Shown one piece after another: positions 58,156-64,000 of a stretch of 64,000 nt of DNA. The stretch spans positions 1,488,001 through 1,552,000 of the forward strand of contig OX597822.1 in NCBI GenBank assembly GCA_951406725.2, written 5' to 3'. A model generated the notes under the pieces. It saw only the letters and a list, made by a program, of their open reading frames with translations, searched no databases and had not been told where the DNA came from. Position 1 is the stretch's first letter; every line of letters begins with the position of its first letter. Made by a program: the position numbers and the translations under genes. The DNA is from Octopus vulgaris. Taxonomy: Eukaryota.

Positions 58156-59079
58156 GTTCATATATGTATATATTTATATATATATACATGTTCATATATG
58201 TGTATATATATATATATATACATGTTCATATATGTATATATTTATATATATGTGACTAAATATCTACACACGCACACATACATACATTACACACACAGAC
58301 ACGCACACATGAAGATGGATGTATGCTGTAAGTTTATGTGCATGGTACGCACTCATGCCCCCCCCCCCCACACACACATACACGACGCACGCAAGAACAC
58401 GCCGATACCCAATCAAAACATGCAGAATTAATATACCGTTCAGCATTACCTCCCTTGACATTTCAAACCCCGGCCAAACTTCGTTCGGAATATGAAGTAA
58501 GTTTTGTCTTTCTTATTTCGTATGTTCAGTGATGCTTGCAAATATACAGACACAAATATCCTCTTTAATGTATTATATAAATTTGTATATGTAGTTACAA
58601 GGACCAATCAAGAAAAGAAAATGCATCATTTTGTTCGCTTCGCGAGTATCATGAATTAGCGAAACTCCGAAACTTCGATACTCACACACACACACAAACG
58701 GACACACACGCACACAGACACACAGACACACATACACACACAAACGTACACACACACACGGACACACACACACACAGACACACATACACACACACACACA
58801 CGTTGAAACACACATGCACTAAAACTGTGATTGCGGCAATTTAAACGTTCAGTAAAACTCGACAAGTATAAGAGCCATTTAATTAATTAACAAATTTCTG
58901 TGTAAAGTCTTTATTAACTTGACCACGTTTGCATGAATAATTACATAAGCGACAAACTTATACATTCCATGTGTGCATCCTCTTATTGTTTTGTTATTGT
59001 TATTTTTTCATATTCTATAGTAAACGTTGAACTTTTAGTATTCGATTTGACAATATACACACACACACACACACACACA

Positions 59080-59240
59080 TAGGGAGAGGTTACAAAAACA
59101 ACAAAAGACGAAGACAGGTGGTGTACAAAACAAACAGATGTATTAGTATAATGCTCAGGAATAGAAAAAGTATTTTACGTTCGAGCCTACGCTCTTCTAC
59201 AGAAAGGGACACAGAAAAAACAAGGAAACAAGGAGAGAAT
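59080..59240 (-). mobile_element. PLE-like family H2, copy 5 (decayed HHR fold 59171-59207)
   Basis: Minus strand CTTT-CTGTAGA-A-GAGC GTAG GCTC-GAAC-GTA-AAA. Confidence 0.65.
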
Positions 59241-59299
59241 ATATATATATGTATATATACATAGACACACGGACATAAAATTAATATTGAAGAGGAGAA

Positions 59300-59685
59300 A
59301 AGCAGCGAGCTGGCAGAAACGTTAGCACGCCGGGCGAAATGCTTAGCGGTATTTCGTCTGCCGTTACGTTCTGAGTTCAAATTCCGCCGAGGTCGACTTT
59401 GCCTTTCATCCTTTCGGGGTCGGTTAAATAAGTACCAGTAACACACTGGGGTCGATATAATCGACTTAATCCGTTTGTCTGTCCTTGTTTGTCCCTTCTG
59501 TGTGGGTAGTAAAGAAATACATATTTCGTCTGTCTTTACGTTCTAAGTTCAAATTCCACCGAGGTCGACCTTGCCTTTCATCCTTTCGGAGTCGATAAAT
59601 TAAGTATCAGTTGCGTACTGGGTCGATCTAATCGACTAGCCACGTACCCAGAAATTTCGGGCCTTGTGCATTGAGTAGAGAAAAA
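59300..59685 (+). mobile_element. Dimeric SINE family A, well preserved
   Basis: Two tandem GTTCAAATTCC.CCGAGGTCGAC.TTGCCTTTCATCCTTTCGG units. Confidence 0.9.
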
Positions 59686-59864
59686 TATTTAAAGAGAATT
59701 CAGCTAGGTTTAACAATTTATGTAAACATATATTCAGCCATAAAGCGATCTAATATCAGTCATTGAAATATTTCATTTTCCTCGTAGATATTATTTATAT
59801 CTTGCGTCACGGGTTCTCTACCTAGGCACTTCATACTGATGCCTATATAATACGCAGAAATGTT

Positions 59865-61188
<1,324 letters not shown>

Positions 61189-61489
61189 TGGTAGATAGGG
61201 AAAAATGAAACAAAAAAGTAGAGCAGACTAAATTAAATAAATATTGTAATATTAGTACTTTTCTCTATCATTGATTTTCATTTGGAAAATAAAAAAAAAT
61301 ACGATACACACACGCATACACACATATACACATATGCACGCACACAGACGCACACTAACGCGCGTACACACCAGCACACTCCGGCGCATTCCCGCACACA
61401 GACATAGGTTCAAATACAACCAGCAACTGGGTTTATCTTCTTTTACCGATGGGCTGCCATGTGTGCGTGTATACAATAACAGAAGTTGA

Positions 61490-61820
61490 AGGTGCGTGGC
61501 TAAATGGCCAGGGTATTCAGCTCACGATCCTAAGGCCCTAGGTTTGATTTTCGACGACGCGTTGTGTCCTTGAGCAGGACTTTTAATTCACGTTGCTACA
61601 CTCCACTCAGCTGGAAAAAAATAAGTGGTACCTGTATTTCAAATGGCCAGCCTTGTCACAACATTCTGTGTCACACTCAGCCTCCCCGAGAACTACGTTG
61701 AGTGTAGGCGTGTCTGTAGAGTGACCAGCCATTTATTTGCACGTTACTTTTCCCAAGCAGACTGTTCTGTTGATCGGGTCGACGGGAACCCCTGCCGTCG
61801 TCACCGACGGAGTCCAGTTA
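61490..61820 (+). mobile_element. Old tRNA-derived SINE with body shared with 48034-48446
   Basis: GGTGCGTGGCTAAATGG head; GTGTCCTTGAGCAGGAC; GGCCAGCCTTGTCACA...GAGAACTACGTT. Confidence 0.7.
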
Positions 61821-62116
61821 CGGTAACAGGACAGCTTTTTAATTTATATCTCTCTTTTCATCGCTGGGGCATTCTTCCCCACAGAAGCGGAACAGTAGCT
61901 TTTGCACGCAGGCTTGTCAAGTAACCTACATGAAGTACCTGTGTGATAAAGAAATACTTATTTGTTTCAATAATTTGTAACAACTTCAAAAGTTTTAGTT
62001 CAGTGAGTATATGCGTGTGCATGAAGGAAGAGAGAGAAATATACATAGATACATATATAGATAGGTAGACAGATAGATGGATGGAGAGAAAAAGAGAAGG
62101 AGAGAGTGAGTGAGAA

Positions 62117-62168
<52 letters not shown>

Positions 62169-62385
62169 GAGAGACTTGCGGAGAGAAAAATCAAAAGCAT
62201 TTTATCTCAATCAGAAATCTCTATACAAGTCTGTATTTGCACATTAGTGCGTATATGAATGCATGCATCCGTTCCAGCGTTTGTATTTAGTTCATAAATT
62301 CGGTACGCTGGCAGCTAAAATTGATTGCATATTTGGGAATAAACATACTTGGAAATTTGATATTAGTAAGGTTATTTCGTCAGAA

Positions 62386-62478
<93 letters not shown>

Positions 62479-62622
62479 CCTGTCTGTCTTTCTGTCTGTA
62501 CATACATAAATAAATGCATAAATTTATCTATTTCTCTCTCTCTGTCTATTTATCTGTCTCTTTGTCTACCTACCTAACTACCTACCTACCTACCTACCTA
62601 CCTACCTATCTATCTATCTATC

Positions 62623-63755
62623 GAAGGGCGAATGGCACCGCGAGTGTCGCGTTGCTCTCAAGCAACTCTGTCGTCCTGGGTCGACCTTGAGTGACTTCAT
62701 CACAACCAAAGCATTCTATAGGGGATTAGTGGAGGGGAGGTACGACGACGAGCTCGGGGCGAACCTGGACGTCGACGAGGAATACCTTTCGGGCCAGGGA
62801 CCATGGACAACTTCCAGAGATCCCTGGCCTGGCAGTGCTACCGAGAAGCGCTACCCGTTCGGGATAAGCTCTACAGACACGGCTCGAGAAACACGGGCCG
62901 ACCTGCCCGAGATACGGTCAGAGCGACGATACCGTTCTGCACGCACTCGTGCAGTGTCCAACAATTTCCGACCTGTGGGCTTGTGTCGAACAACTGCTGT
63001 CACGTGTGGGACGAGTCGGTTTATCAGCTGAGTCTATCGTCAATATTGTCACGCCTCCTTCCTTCAAACGGGAAGGAAGAGCTATTTTCATCATCCTTCT
63101 GGCTATGGCGAAAGAATGTATCTGGTGGACGCGTCTGAAAGGATTGGAGACAAACACTTTCCTCTCTGGTCAATCTCTCATCAACTTCTTCAAGTACCTC
63201 TTGAAAAGGAAAGTGAGAGTAGAGAGGCAAGTTTTGTCTAGCGAATGTTTTAAAAAAAGATGGGTGAATGTAGCAAGGATGGCACGTATGAATGACGAAG
63301 CCACCTTGAGCATAATCCTATGAACCCAGAAATTGAAAACAGAGGGTTACCCACTTGCAAACAAATGTGGTAACATATAACATATTGACCAAGGTTACCG
63401 TGGTCTTTTTCGTAGGCTTTTCTTCCCACGGATAAACCTTACTTGCTTTCCCTTTTACACCATACATCATAACACTGTGATACACGATCCCTATTGATCG
63501 TTTTTTTGGGGGTTTTTTTCCCTCTTCCTCTTTTTTCCCCTTTTTTTCTTCTTTTTTCATTTCTCTTTTCTTTTGTTCCTTTTCTTTTTTTATTTTTTGT
63601 TCTTTTTTTCCCTTTTACGATCCCTTTTGATCGAAAACCTACGCCACCTTTTTTTTTCGTTTTTTGTTTTTTGTTTTTTTTTCATCCCCCAAAAGAAAAG
63701 CTCTGCCTTGTAACTTGTCCAATCTGTGTGCAGCCCTGTGTGGCCAATAAAGAAA
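62623..63755 (+). mobile_element. 5'-truncated Tx1/L1-clade LINE (zf-RVT region and 3'UTR) in (TATC)n
   Basis: AWQCYREALPVRDKLYRHG, frameshift, then TCPRYGQSDDTVLHALVQCPTISDLW...AKECIWWTR...; stop at 63323; AATAAA at 63746. Confidence 0.88.
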
Positions 63756-63756
63756 C

Positions 63757-63997
<241 letters not shown>

Positions 63998-64000
63998 GAA

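Overview
AT-rich eukaryotic non-genic DNA, very dense in microsatellites ((TA)n, (CA)n, (TATC)n, (TACA)n, trinucleotide tracts) and transposon debris. The SINE families and repeat load suggest a cephalopod (Octopus-like) genome, which is an inference. I find no intact protein-coding gene, and almost all ORF-track entries are translations of simple repeats. Recognisable relics are Tigger/pogo, mariner, piggyBac, hAT and Helitron DNA transposons, two MITEs (one carrying TTAGGG repeats), R4/Dong, RTE, Ingi-like, CR1-like, Tx1-like and Penelope-like (PLE) retroelements, and three tRNA-derived SINE families. The most notable signal is a set of (TA)n-embedded, PLE-type non-coding elements with type I hammerhead ribozyme (HHR) folds. 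These include a ~1.86 kb near-perfect palindrome with a hammerhead at each end, and a five-copy family with a consistent non-canonical core (CUGUNGA). A Tx1-like LINE appears to target (TATC)n, and there is a possible decayed BIR/IAP-like sequence. Coordinates of degenerate repeats are approximate.
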